The notes under the pieces were generated by a model that saw only the letters and a list, made by a program, of their open reading frames with translations, was not told the DNA's origin and did no database searches. Of a stretch of 64,000 nt of DNA, positions 37,655 to 50,630 are shown one piece after another. The stretch is from Cirrosporium novae-zelandiae. Lineage: Eukaryota. The position numbers and the translations under genes were made by a program. Location of the stretch: assembly GCA_026023565.1 (NCBI GenBank), contig JAPETS010000014.1, positions 372,001 through 436,000 of the forward strand. Direction: 5' to 3'. How positions within the stretch are numbered: the stretch's first letter is position 1; each line of letters starts with the position of its first letter.

Positions 37655-40252
37655 ATGAAGTTTACAGAAGGAATGTGGAGAATCAAGGTAGCTTACCAAT
37701 TCCAATTGATGAGCTTCATCGGTTAACTTTGTCCGTGTTGTAGGAGGGGTTGAAGGTGGATTGGATGACCAATGTTGAGAGGCTCGAGGTTAATGGAAAG
37801 GAAGTCAATGTTCTCTTAAACAAGTATCAGAGGAATCGAGGAGATACTTTGAACTCTGGTATTTTTCTTCACATTGATATCCTTGATAATCCATTGACCC
37901 TTGTGCAGCGACCATCTCAGCTCAGATTACCTCCCCTGCTGATGATGTAATTGGAGTTCGATACTGTCATTGGTATGATAAGTCGAGACCCCAGGTTATA
38001 AAAGTGACACTGACCTAATAATCTGTATTAGGGACGGTGAATATGACAACGGTCCACACTTTGAATTGCAGACATCGAAACCAGAAGTTGGAATCTCGTT
38101 TCCTAAAGGAAAGAGTCTAGATTACCAGAGTGGAGATCTGAAGCTCTCTATGGTTACTACACCCAACGACTTGGCTGTCGAGTTTACAGCACCTAATGGT
38201 AAAGTTACTTCTCATTCATGGAGGTCAATTGGCTATATTTCGGATGGAACCACCGAAAAGACCAGATATGATGATGGACTTTTTATTGAACGTCAGGGCC
38301 ACATGCTTACTGCATTCGACTTGGGAGTTGGTGAAAAGATATATGGTCTCGGAGAACGATTTGGTCCTTTTGTTAAGAACGGACAAACCGTAGAAGTGTG
38401 GAATGAAGATGGTGGCACTTCATCTGAATTGGCTTATAAGAACATTCCCTTCTACATGAGCTCCAAGGGTTATGGGGTATTTATTAACAATCCTGGAAAA
38501 GTCTGTCTTGAGCTGCAGTCAGAACGAACCTCAAGAATCAATATTTCAATCGAAGGGGAGGAACTCGAGTACTTTATCATTTATGGTCCTACCCCAAAAG
38601 ATGTTCTCCGAAAATACACCGCACTGACAGGACGACCCTTTCTTCCTCCATCTTGGAGTTATAATTTATGGTTGACGACTTCCTTTACAACACAATATGA
38701 CGAGAAAACTGTAACTGGCTTTCTGGACGGCTTCAAGGAACGTGATATTCCTTTAGGCGTCTTTCACTTTGATTGTTTTTGGATGAAGAGTTATCAGGTA
38801 GGAGTGATACCGTATCCGCAACCTTGGATATACAACTGACTCCATTTCTTCTAGTGGTGTGACTTTGAATTTGACAAGGAAATGTTCCCAGACCCAGCAG
38901 GATACATCAAACGGCTCAAAGACAGGGGCTTACACATCAGCGTATGGATTAACCCCTACGTCGGTCAAGCATCACCTCTTTTCAAAGAAGGAAAAGAAAA
39001 AGGCTATTTCATCAAGACAAAAGATGGCAAAGTCTGGCAATGGGACTACTGGCAGTAAGACCCCATATTCCATTCTCCAAACCTCTACCCTCTACCCTCT
39101 ACCCTCTACCTACCCCTAACTCTCACTAAAAAATCCCTCAGAGCCGGCATGGCCGTCATCGACTTCACTAATCCTGCCGCCCGTAAATGGTTCGAAGCCC
39201 AACTATTCCGCCTCGCCTCCATGGGTGTAGACTCCTTCAAGACCGATTTCGGCGAGCGCATCCCCTACAAAAACATTGTCTATCACGACGGCTCAGACCC
39301 AGTCCGCATGCACAACTACTACAGCTACCTCTACAACAAATGCGTATGGGACCTCCTCACAACCACCGGCCTCGGCCAAGGCTGCCTCTTTGCACGAAGC
39401 GCCACGGTAGGCGGCCAAAAATTCCCCGTCCACTGGGGCGGCGACTGCGAAAGCACCTTTGAAGCGATGGCGGAATCCCTCCGGGGTGGCCTCAGCCTCG
39501 CCGTCAGCGGCTTCGGCTTCTGGGCCCACGACATTGGCGGCTTCGAAGGCACACCCCCACCAGCCCTCTACAAACGCTGGGTCCAATTCGGACTCCTATC
39601 CTCACACTCACGCCTACACGGCTCGGGCTCCTACCGCGTCCCCTGGCTCTACGGCGAAGACTGCAGCGCCGTGCTACGCGACTGCGCCAAGCGCAAAATC
39701 TCCCTAACCCCCTACCTCCTACAAGAAGCCCTCCAAGCCTCCCGCTTCGGTACACCCCTTATGCGTCCCCTCTTCCTCGAATTCCCAGAAGATCTCACCA
39801 CCTATACCATCGACACCCAATACATGTTGGGCCCGAACCTCCTCGTCGCTCCCGTCTTCACCGAGGAAGGAACCGTCACCTTCTACGTCCCCAACACCAC
39901 CACCAACGAAAAATGGACAAGCTGGTTCGACCACTCCAAAAAATATTTGCCCGGAAAATGGTACACCGAGACCCACAATTTCGATACCCTACCTCTGCTT
40001 ATCCGCCCTGGGAGCGTAATCGCTATCAACAATAAGCTCAAGGATCCACAGGATAACCCTGAGGATGGGTTGGAGGTTTTGGTTTCGGCGCCTCGGGCAG
40101 AGGGGAAGGAGGAGGTGTTGGAGATTGTGAATCCGAGGATGACGGGGGAGGTTTTGAAGGAAATTAGAATTACGAAGGGTACGAAGGAAGGGGAGGCGAT
40201 TGAGGTGGTGGGGGCGGACGAGAAGAAGGGGGTTAAGGTCACTATGGTATGA
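37655..40252 (+). CDS. GH31 alpha-xylosidase (YicI-like, no signal peptide); 5 introns
   Basis: MKFTEGMW start, YGLGERFG..KNGQ..WNEDGGTSSELAYKNIPFY, LWLTTSFTT.YDE, FHFDCFWM, catalytic FKTDFGERIP, HWGGDC, WAHDIGGFEG, SHSRLHGS. Confidence 0.92.
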
Positions 40253-40334
40253 TTCTATTTACAATAGCTACTTGTAGAGGTAGTATGGCATGACTGGATA
40301 GAATATATACGATGTTATTATACATGAATTAGTA

Positions 40335-40335
<1 letters not shown>

Positions 40336-40405
<70 letters not shown>

Positions 40406-40410
40406 CACCA
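40336..40410. repeat. (CTA)n microsatellite (~20 units) followed by (CCA)n
   Basis: Directly visible in the sequence. Confidence 0.95.
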
Positions 40411-41491
40411 CTCATGACTAAATAAACAAATAATAGACAACACCACCACCCCTCCAAATCCCAACCTCCATCTCAATCCCCCCTATATCTATACCCACCC
40501 CCTACCAATCCCCCCCCCCCCCAACCTTCATAAAGCTTGAGCGAAAACCGCTACACCACACTCCATCTTACCCAGATCTTTAATAAAGTGATTAATCACA
40601 CCTTTTTCGATAGATAAATAGATAAATGCTTTTATTTTATTTTTTACTCTTGTAAATGAAGATAAGAATAAAGATAAGATAAAAAAAACCCTTTGCTAGT
40701 TGAGTTGAGTTGATTGTTTAACACTACTTTTACCTTTACCTGTAACTCCAGAGCAAATTTCTAAACCTTTCTTTCTTTCTTACTCTACTTCTCTCGTTTC
40801 CCTCCCTCTATTCCCATTAGACCATCACCCCACCCAGACCCAGTTGTGGAAGAAGTTAACTAACTTACTACGCAAAGGGTACTGTAATATCTAACTCAAA
40901 TAAATCACTAGAGAGAGAGGGCTTTTGCTTCTCCATACAAATAGAATTATATAGACTATCGGAACCCCTTCCCTCTCATCTTATCTTATCTAGGAGATGG
41001 ATTGATTTTTTTTTTTTTTTATTATTATTATATGTTTGCTTGCTTGCTTGCTTGTTTTATTTATTCATTTTAAAATAGATTAGATTCTCCTTTTTAGACT
41101 GGAAAAATAATTAATAAATTCTTGAACTGGTCTTTTGTTCTATTCGTTAACTAATTACCCCCTCCCTTTTCTTTTTATTACTAAGTAATATATATATAGA
41201 CTATATAAGATCAAACCCTTACTATAATAGCCTTTTTTTTTTGATTATTAACGCTTTCAACTTTTTTTATTGGTAATGGGGGGTTTTTTTTAAGGGATAG
41301 GGGAAAGAGGATAAAGGATGGGGAGAAGGGTGATGGTGATGGTGGTATTATCTGCCCCTTCTATATCTTATTTCCATTATTTCATTTCATTGTAGTAGTA
41401 GTAGTAGTAGTTGTGGTAGTAGTGGTAGATACAAATCCAGATAACCACCTTACTTCCTTCTCCCTAGCTAAACATACAAGCCCCCCCTAGG

Positions 41492-43948
41492 CTAGGCCTC
41501 ACACTCATCATCATCATCCCCCTCATCCACCTCCTTATATTCCCCACTATCCCCATTATCCCCACTCCCACTACCATCATCCCCACCCTTCCACCCCCCA
41601 ACCATCCCCTCCGTAACCCCCCCATAAACAACCCACTCCCCGTAAGTGGGAAACTGATCTGCCCTTCTCCTTCCCGCATCATTAACACTCGAATTCCCAT
41701 ATCCATACCCACCCTCCCCATTATCCCCACCATCAAACCCAACCCCCCTCGCAACAACAAAAACCTCCAACCCCCCCACCTCTTCCAAATCCACAACTTC
41801 CCCATCACTGCCAGCCAATCTGACAGTCCAACTTAAATTTTCTTTGAGAAAGGGGAGGACGGAGGATGGGGGGAGGGTTTGTTGAAGTTGGGGTTGGGTT
41901 TGTTGGAGGAGGAAGTAGGTTAGGGGGAGGGTGCCGCGGGCTTGGAGTTGTGGGGTGGTGGATTGGGAGGTGGTATTGGGGGAGGGGGAAATGGGGAAGG
42001 AGGGGTTGAAAACTGTGTAGGTGCCGATGAAGGTGTTGGGGGTTAAGGAGAGGTCTATGGAGAAGGTTGTTGGGAGGGCGAATCTGGTAGAAGGAAATGG
42101 GTTAGTTTTGGTTTTGTTTGTGGGGGTGAGGATGAAGATGGGGTAGGTGTGAAACCCTTCTTCCTCTCCTTCCTCTTCTACTTCAATAAATACCCCACAA
42201 GCCAAACTCAAAAAAACAACAACATCAAAACCACACGTACTTATCAACCCTAATATTCACAGCCCACTGCAACGGCGCATTCAACGCATCAGCAACATTC
42301 ACACTCCTCCTCCTCTTCCTCCCAATCCTTTCACCCCGCTTCGTCGGCACGGTTACGGAGATGCTCCCGGTAGGGTTATAGAGGTTGTTGATGTTTGTCC
42401 GCACGGCTGCGGAGAGCTCGGTTGCGTTTGTGGTTGTCCAGTCTTGAATCTCGGGGTAGGTGTAGCCAAAGGTTTTTAGAGAGCGCACGGTGTTGGATGT
42501 GTGCATGCTGCCGGTGTCGGAGGAGTGGAAGGGGGTTAGGGCTATTGTTATGGGGGGTGGGTTAGTTGGGAGGTGGTAGGTGGGATGGCGGGAAAGGTGT
42601 GGGGAGGCATAGAGACGTACGGGTGTCAATGTCTTCAACGCCCTTTTTGGGATTGGTATATGTTCCGATTGGGTCGGCTTGAGGGGTGACGTATGAATCT
42701 GGATAGATGGCTTGCCAGATGGCAAAGAGTCGATCGACATTTCTATCAATAGTATTATTAATGCTGGTTTCAAATTTCCGAGGGCATGCGAATTGGAGAG
42801 GACAAACTCACACATGATGTAACCAGAAAATAGGATCGTAACTCGACCAGGGGATATAAGACATATGTCCTCCTTCCCCAACCAAGCCGTGAATCGCATT
42901 GTGCATATTTTCAAGGCTGTTGAACGATTGACTGTGGTTTGAACCGGTGTTTGAGAATGGAGCAAAGTTGTTTTGTTCAGCGATAAGCTCGTAGGTTAGG
43001 GTGTGAAGTCTGATGGCTGTTAGGAAAGGGACGGTATGAATTGGTGGGACGATTATGTGGTTCAACTCACTGCACACCGTTCGCCATGAGCTGTTGATTC
43101 GCAAGGTTTGGTTGGCTCTCCCCTGCTGAGTTCGGATAACGAACCGTATGATTGTATTTGATAAGCTACAAAGGTCAGCAAATCTGTCAAGAGGTAATTG
43201 ATGGTCGCTCGTTGCAATGTATAACCAGGTAAAACTCGGAGGCTGCTCACAGGGTCACCATTTGGAGCCATTGTCGGATCCACAGGGTGAAAATTATAAG
43301 CTACAAGTGGGTTGGTGATGGTTTGGGTGCCATTCGGCGTATTCACAGTAATCTGGGGTTGATTAACAGCATCTGGCATTGTTGGAGTATAGGCCCAATC
43401 CCAATATGGGACGCGAAAAGTGACCGCAGCTTGCTGGTATGTACTTCTTTGCGAATCTGGATATGTGTTGGCAATAGCCGTTGCGTAATTCCATAATATC
43501 TGTTCGTATAGAGCCATATAGGGTCGATGCCAAGGTGGAAAAAGAATAGAATCATGGGTGCAATATCCGTTGTTGTAAGAACCGCTTACGCCATCCCAGG
43601 AAATGAACGGGTATCCATGGATTCCTGCCAATATATTAGTGTACCCTTCGCTTCCAAGTGTTTGATTGCCTGAACCGTAGGATCCCATCCAAAGCCCCGA
43701 TTAGTCCATGACTTACCAGCAACTTGAAAATAAGAAAGTAGCTCTGACTGATCATCTTGCTGGAACTGTTGACTTGCAAGAATATAAAGATCAAAGGCTG
43801 GACCTGAATCGACAAAGGTTGAAAACTCGGTTCGCATCGGCCTTTCTCCTGTCCTATTATTGATCCCAGCCTGAACTCCTGTGATCGTGTAAGCTTCTAC
43901 GGCAGAGAAGATACAAAGAAAGTAGGTAAAGAGTGACAAGAAGGACAT
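41492..43948 (-). CDS. Secreted tyrosinase (type-3 copper) with C-terminal domain; introns 43625-43736, 43166-43250, 43010-43070, 42743-42811, 42542-42620, 42084-42240
   Basis: Signal peptide MSFLSLFTYFLCIFSAVEA; CuA IHGYP..YCTH..FPPWHRPY; RVPYWDWA; CuB LENMHNAIHGLVG..GHM..DPIFWLHHVNVDR; FGYTYPE. Confidence 0.9.
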
Positions 43949-45410
43949 GTTGAAGACTGTGAGATTAAAGCGATTGAAATTCTCACAGAGACTGTTGAGA
44001 GGATAAAGTAGAATGAAACAAAACAACAAGATGTGAAAGAAGGATGATGGAAATTGAAAGCATTTATTAAAAGGCTTCCCCGGATCGACAACAAGGTAAG
44101 TAATCCTAGCACAAAGCCGTAACTGGCATTTCATTTCGGATATCCTAATTGCGGACAGCGAAAACACAAACGCAGGGAGCCTTGGTGAGTTCGTTTAAAG
44201 TGTTCCTGAGGATGTTCGAGGTACTTTGAATGGCTGGAACCCAAGTTCGACAAACGGGATGGATCAAGGCAGGTCCCAAAAGGTGAAGCCTGGAAACCCT
44301 GGGAAGATTCCTTGGCCACAACTTGGCTTGCTGTCAATCAGGTGTCTCACCTAACCCACGTATTCAATTGATTCTCCGCGTGGGGATTTTGTATCCGCTG
44401 TCCTATCATCCGGATCGATGCGCTTTCGTCAGAGTTTGTAAAGCACCTAGGAGCAAGGCAAGGAATTCAGGGCCAAGAAACAAATGGAATTGCAGGTCCT
44501 GCAAAACTGTAAAGGGCAACCTGTGCAGCGTTTCAGCATGCTGTAGCAATACGAGCCCATGCAATCTAAATGCGAAAACTGATCAAGGAACCATTGATTT
44601 TATCATCGGGCGGTGAACACCGCACAGCGATCCCAAAAGACATTTCATTGATCGTCTTGTCATACTCGATAACTGATGCCGTCCTTCTCATTACCTGCCT
44701 CTCCTCGGGACAACCATGTAGCTCTTGCTAATTTCTATCCGTCTTCGGCATGTATCAAGTACCAAGGCTAGACACATTGCTTATTTGTGAACGAGGGAAT
44801 ACAAGATAAATGATAAATGGGAGGACTGGCGGACTCTAAATAGTTGGATTGGAACGCGTGGGTAGCGACATGATCCTTTCAGCAAATCCAAGAAGCTCCG
44901 CGCCAAGAAGGGGTGGGGCCTCAGTCAGGGAACACAGCGAACACCAAAAGCCTACAACCAGCAAGTCACGTTCAAAAAAGATCATATAAATAGAACTAAT
45001 TGCTACCACAGTGGTACAAAATACCGTCATGTCCATGAAGAATCCGGTCATCCTCGATTGCTCTCAACTATCCTCCGAGGACTTGCTGGGCGCAACTAGG
45101 TTAACTGAGGCGTGCATTAGCTAATTGGATCCAAAAGCCAATTCTCTATTGGTAATAACAAACTAATCTTTGTACAGTACACACTTCTTGACCCAAATCA
45201 TCTTGGTTCCAGAAATAATCATAAGAGTCCCGCGCTAGACATCAAGACCCCAAGCAATGCATCCCTCCGTTTTACGCGTTCCAGTTCCCAAATACTCCTT
45301 CCTCTTGGTCTAAAACCCCTGGCAGATATTACCACACAAGCCATAAAACCATATCTTCCTCCAAACGAAGCATACCCAACCTGGATGCACTGAAAGGCTA
45401 CTAGAAGACT

Positions 45411-47625
45411 TCATCCTGTCCAGATCGTCCATAGATACCAGAACCCTGCAATACAACCCATGCGCTTAGAGCTCCTTACAAATTCTTTCAACATAACACG
45501 CACCTTACCAGGCTTGTGGTTCACTATTGGCGCGCTAGCGTGTCCCATGCCTCGTGCTGTGCTTCTCCGTTCCATAATAGGTGACATTGGTGGAAGCCGT
45601 CCATTGTTTGGACTGTTTGGACTATTCGAACGTGTGCTGGGGTTTGCATTGGTGGCATACTGTATCAAGCCATATCCTCCCAGTTTGTGATTAGGACTGT
45701 CACTCCTTGGAGTCGACGTGCCTCTTGCACCACGTGTAACCAGCATATTACCAACAGAGGATTCATTAGAGTTTGTTGAAAGTGAAGTTGCACGTGCACG
45801 GGTGGTCCGAGAAGATTTGTTGACATTTCCATCTCCGGTCCCATTTGTGTTTGGTGAATTGGTAGAATAGAAGGCCGCATGTGCTTTTTCGTTCTCGGCA
45901 GATGATTTCAAAGAAGAATAGGCGGGTGGTATACTATAGTCATGAGGATTTGACAATGGCAATAGAGGATCAGTAGATTCATCCTCGTCTTCAACCGGAG
46001 GACCATTCGTCCCAAATCTGGTGGTCCACAAAGTGTGAACCACAAGAGCAAAGAGTGTAAAACCAAAGAATTGAGCATATCCTATAAAGATCGAAAGCTG
46101 GTCTGGCAAAAGGCACATTTGCGTTTGTAGAGTGCTAGCTGATCGAGATCCACCTATTGGATAGCCTTTATTATCAATAGGGTTCCATAAAGTAGCCATT
46201 TGAAAGCCAGGCTTTCTAACTCCCATTGCAAACGATATGCTTTTCACGGTTATTTCTCTTGGGGCACCCGTGAGTTCATTGTGCACGACTTCACAATAAT
46301 CGTGGTCATCTCCAGAGAACACGTGTTGGACGTTGCCTATTGCGTCAATCACACGGTTGGAGTTGGCAGGTGTAAGTACATTCTGATACCTATAACCTGC
46401 TTGGATAAGAATGGAGCGGCGAGATTCACGTAAAGAGGTGCAGGGGGTGTCGGGATCTCGATAAAGCGGAATATGGGTGAGAAGAATATTAGGAAGGTCT
46501 CCGACATCTGGATCAAAATTCTTTTCTGGTCTCACATCCCCCACATCATATATAACCGAGGAGAGAGGTTCCCTCTCCTTTTCCCCATTCATCAAACGCA
46601 ATTGTTGATCCAACATCCTCCGTTTCTTTACTTGAATAGAATCCAGAAAGGCTTCAGTCGGACCCCAAATTTGGCTCGAGTTCTCATCGTCTTTTAAGTT
46701 TCCAGTCGAGAAGTCCAATTGACCCTTGGCGGTCAGTGACGGAGAATCGATTGAAACGAATGTATGGTTCCCTATTACATCAACTCGGTTGCCATATCCA
46801 AACATTGCAGTAAATCTTTTCCGCACCGGTAATTGTATGTCATTTCCAAGGCCAAGATCATGATTCCCAGGTAAACTCGCGATAAGCTTACGACCAGGTT
46901 GTCCATTCCCTGGCTCCACCCCACCGTCATTCCAATGGTATGAAAAAATTTTATGGAATCGATCATACTCCTTCAGCCAGAATTTGGGTCCATACTTCCT
47001 CCATCTTTCTTCAGGACTCTCGCTGCTACCTGTAGACCATTCGCGACCTCCATCAAAAAGATCGCCTAGGAAAATTACGGTGTCTGGGTGTAATTGTTGT
47101 TGAAGTAGTTTGTACGATCGACGCAGGTAGAGGTCAGTATAAAAGACCGTTAGACTTGAAATGGGCCATGGCCGGCCAGGATATGTGTGCGGGTCGATTA
47201 ATTGGGGATCTGCGATAAATATGACATGGTGCGGTGTTGCGACTTCAGGCTGTCAACGTTCATCAGTCCAGTTCCAAGGATATTAAATTTCAAGCTTCAC
47301 ACACCCAGCTTTCCCATGCATTCCAGTTGCATGCTTCTATGCTCTTATCAAACACATGTCGCTCACCCCACCAGATTAAAACCATCCAAAGCAATGCCAA
47401 GATATTGGGTATATTCAGAAAAGTGTGGTAGTTCCATTTCCGCCGTGCAGCTTGAAATCTTTTGAATGAATGGCGAGGAAGCCTCGCAGAAGCTTCATTT
47501 AAAGCAGTTTGAAGTTTCGGTCGTATATGAAGATGAAAAGCCCTTTGTAAACGATCGGAAAAGGTTGGTGGTTCAAAGGATTGGTCTCGGAATGAGTTTC
47601 TGGTGGTAGGATAAAGGACTGTCAT
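45411..47625 (-). CDS. CDC1: Cdc1-family metallophosphoesterase (GPI remodelling / Mn homeostasis); intron 47250-47304
   Basis: CNWNAWESW|PE..FIADPQLIDPHTYPGRPW, FLGDLFDGGREW, LPGNHDLG, LLTHIPLYR, GYRYQNVL, FSGDDHDYCEVVH, EITVKSISFAMG. Confidence 0.9.
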
Positions 47626-48720
47626 GATCCAAAAGGAATTGGTATGAGTCTGGTACGCATCCTCGAATCTTAAAGGTTGACGATGAGAAATTCAGATCGA
47701 ATAGTTAGAAGTAGGAGAATACCAGTATTGCGTGTCTCTTAGCTGGTGTCTCTTAGCTGGCTCATGAGAGGTTAGTTAAGGAGATCCATCCATTAATAAG
47801 GTGGAGATGGATTAAGCTCCTATAAGCTGGGGTCAAAAACCCCTGTCATGGGTTCGAAAGGGATACCATGTTCAGCTTCAAAATTTCATACAATGTGATC
47901 AAGAACCAACACTTGTCAGGTTCTAAGCATCCAGGAATCTCCGGCTACTGTGGCATATATGGTGATATTTCAATGTAATTAATTAAAGTCCGTCAATTCT
48001 ATCCTATTTTATTCCACAGTAGTACGGATTAATAGTTGTTTCAAGGAAACAGGTCGATGGGCTAGTGTTTGCATAGTTTGTTTAGCTAAGAGACTATAAA
48101 TTAATCAAATATCTTAAAAGAAATGAACTAACCAACTCTTATTTCTACCTTTCATCCTTTCTACCTATCTATTGTTTGGCGTACGATATAGATTGTATCT
48201 TGCATATCATTGTATCTTATCCCTATCTCTATCCTATCTTATCCTATGCTTATACTCATACACCAACAAACCCATTAACCTTCGTTTTAACCAAGACCAT
48301 GAAGTATAAACAGATTTATACATAAAAATTTAGATAAGCATTTCTCCGCTTCGAATTTCATGCTTCCTTATTTTTTCCCTTAAGGTCGAGATTCTAGCCT
48401 AAATTAGTACAGCCATTCATTCGTTCATTTATACATTCATTCAGCGGGTAGGGGGAGAAGAAACAAGATAATAAAAGAAAAAAAAAATAGGATATAATAA
48501 GCAGTTGCTATTAACTAAATTGTTCCATGAATTATTCTCGAGTCACTCGTGTCTTATTTGTTTACCCTGTACAAGTATCCGTGTTCTCTTTACGCCCCGC
48601 TGGCTAGCCCACTACGTTCTTTGGCGCACGTAGAAGGCTTTGGTGCTCTGTATATAATAGTGCACCACCTTCATTTGAATCGAAAATTCATTACAGTCTC
48701 CACTACTATTAACAGATACT

Positions 48721-49640
48721 ATGAATCAAATCACAATACCTTTCGAAGCAACTTGTGAGCTCAGCCACTAGCTACGGCTGCCAAATCGGGAGGGACCACT
48801 GTCCTTGAAAGAACAGATATCGATGCTCCCTATACCCTTCCGGGGCAACCGTTGATACCACTTCAGTCATTTGAGATGATACAGCATCTACAGCAAGAGT
48901 TGCTGACTCTTAAGCTCAATAAGATGGCACCGCATCTCTGGCTTGTCGCAACGCAACGCAGCGACCTCACCACTTCATCATCAGATAGTCCGATGACGCA
49001 AAATCACTCTCACGGAAAATTCTAAGCTATACTTCGTCTGAATTGACGACCAAGTTTTCATCAAGCCGTTCACTGCTTTCTTGCTTTCGTATGTCATCTT
49101 GGTATATCCTTTTTGAGGAGATCACCAAGCTTTCGTTGCGACCTGCCGACCGAGAACTTCTGTTTAGGAGCGCTGTGGGGTATGTTAGGAGCTACTATCA
49201 CCTGATCAAGCACGATTCCGACTTCAAGATCGCTGTCGAAGACCACTTGGTTCCATCAGTGGCTTCGCTCGAGGACTTCTGCACGTTCATCAAAGGCTTT
49301 GCACGGCTCCCTGATTTATAAGTGTCGGCTCGCTATTACTTTGGAGACCTGTGGACTGATCTAGCTCAATTTCTGGGTGAAAGTTCTCCTGCACTAGTTC
49401 AGGTTTGAGGAAGTGGCCGGTCAATCCGATGCATACTTCTCTCACTTTTTCCAGCCATTTTCTTTCGCCTTTTTCACATTCAACATGATCCTGAGTGCCA
49501 TACAGGTGGACCTCGGTATAGAACAACTATAAGCTGTCGCGAACTCCTGGCAGGGATTCGGTGACACATCCTAGTGGTTTGCAGTGATCATAATTATCTG
49601 TGCGGTATTTTCTGAAAGTATTGTACTGGGGGTGTTAGTA
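48721..49640 (+). pseudogene. Disrupted DUF6601-like gene
   Basis: Across frames: LPGQPLI..ELLTLKLNKMAPHLWLVATQ / PLHHQIVR*RKITLTEN.KLYFV*IDDQVFIKP / RSAVGYVRSYYHLIKHDSDFKIA..LVP / L*VSARYYFGDL / AYFSHFFQPFLF..ILSAIQV..WFAV. Several in-frame stops and frameshifts. Family recognised from memory of these motifs. Confidence 0.7.
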
Positions 49641-50630
49641 ATGAGGGATGCAGTGTAACCGAGAAATTGTCATATCCCTATTTTTGACTAATTTTCTCGT
49701 TATAATCTGCTATCCCCCCTCTGAACAGTCTTCTGAACCGGAATTTCTACCAGGGTCTAGTCTGGGATGGAATGCTATGATGAAGTGGTACTTAGGACGA
49801 ATGACTGACTCGAGGCTGAGCCTCTGCAAATACCAATTACGCTCACCTTTCGTATCACTCGATATTTCTATCACAAATTATGGGATTTTGCAGGGGTATA
49901 CCTCCAATCAGCAAATCTAGACAGCCTATCTAAGGCTAAACCACATTTTACAAGATTATTCAAGGGATGAGATAGCAGGCCAAAGGCTCGGATAAAGAGC
50001 CACAACTAACGAATTTTCTCATATGGCGTATTCTTATCGTCTTATTGGACGGAACCCCTCTATCACCTTGCTAACTACGTACTATCCATACTCCAACCCT
50101 AATAATTGTATAAACATGGTTTAATATTTTTTAGAGAGGATGTTGAAGTCGGAAGTATTGTTGCTGCATAATGCCCTTCGAACTAAACCTATTTCATCTC
50201 AGCATTGACAACCACCAAGGTTAGTCAGCTTCACGAAGGATTATATAACTCTACCATAATTCCTCCTAATGGCGTTCCGTCCTGCGACCGCCAATACTTC
50301 CACGCCCTGTCAAAGAGAGGAGCCAACAGGACAAGGCCAGCTCAGCCTTTCTGTATCAGAAAAAGTAGATAGCAGGGGATGGGATAGAAAGCTTTACGCA
50401 AATGGGGTTATTATTCTCAGCTACTCCTCCATTCTCAAGGGCATGTAAGAAGCCTAAGTGGCTATCATGTATTCCTACCTTTTCATTGAGTCATTCTCAT
50501 CGGCGATCTAGCTGGAGATATACATGCCGAATTTCCCTAGCCTGCGACCGATGTGTTTCTCCTCTACAGATTATAGCACTCAATTTGTAGACACAGTTCG
50601 GCACGTCCTCTGATCTCTTCACTTACAATC

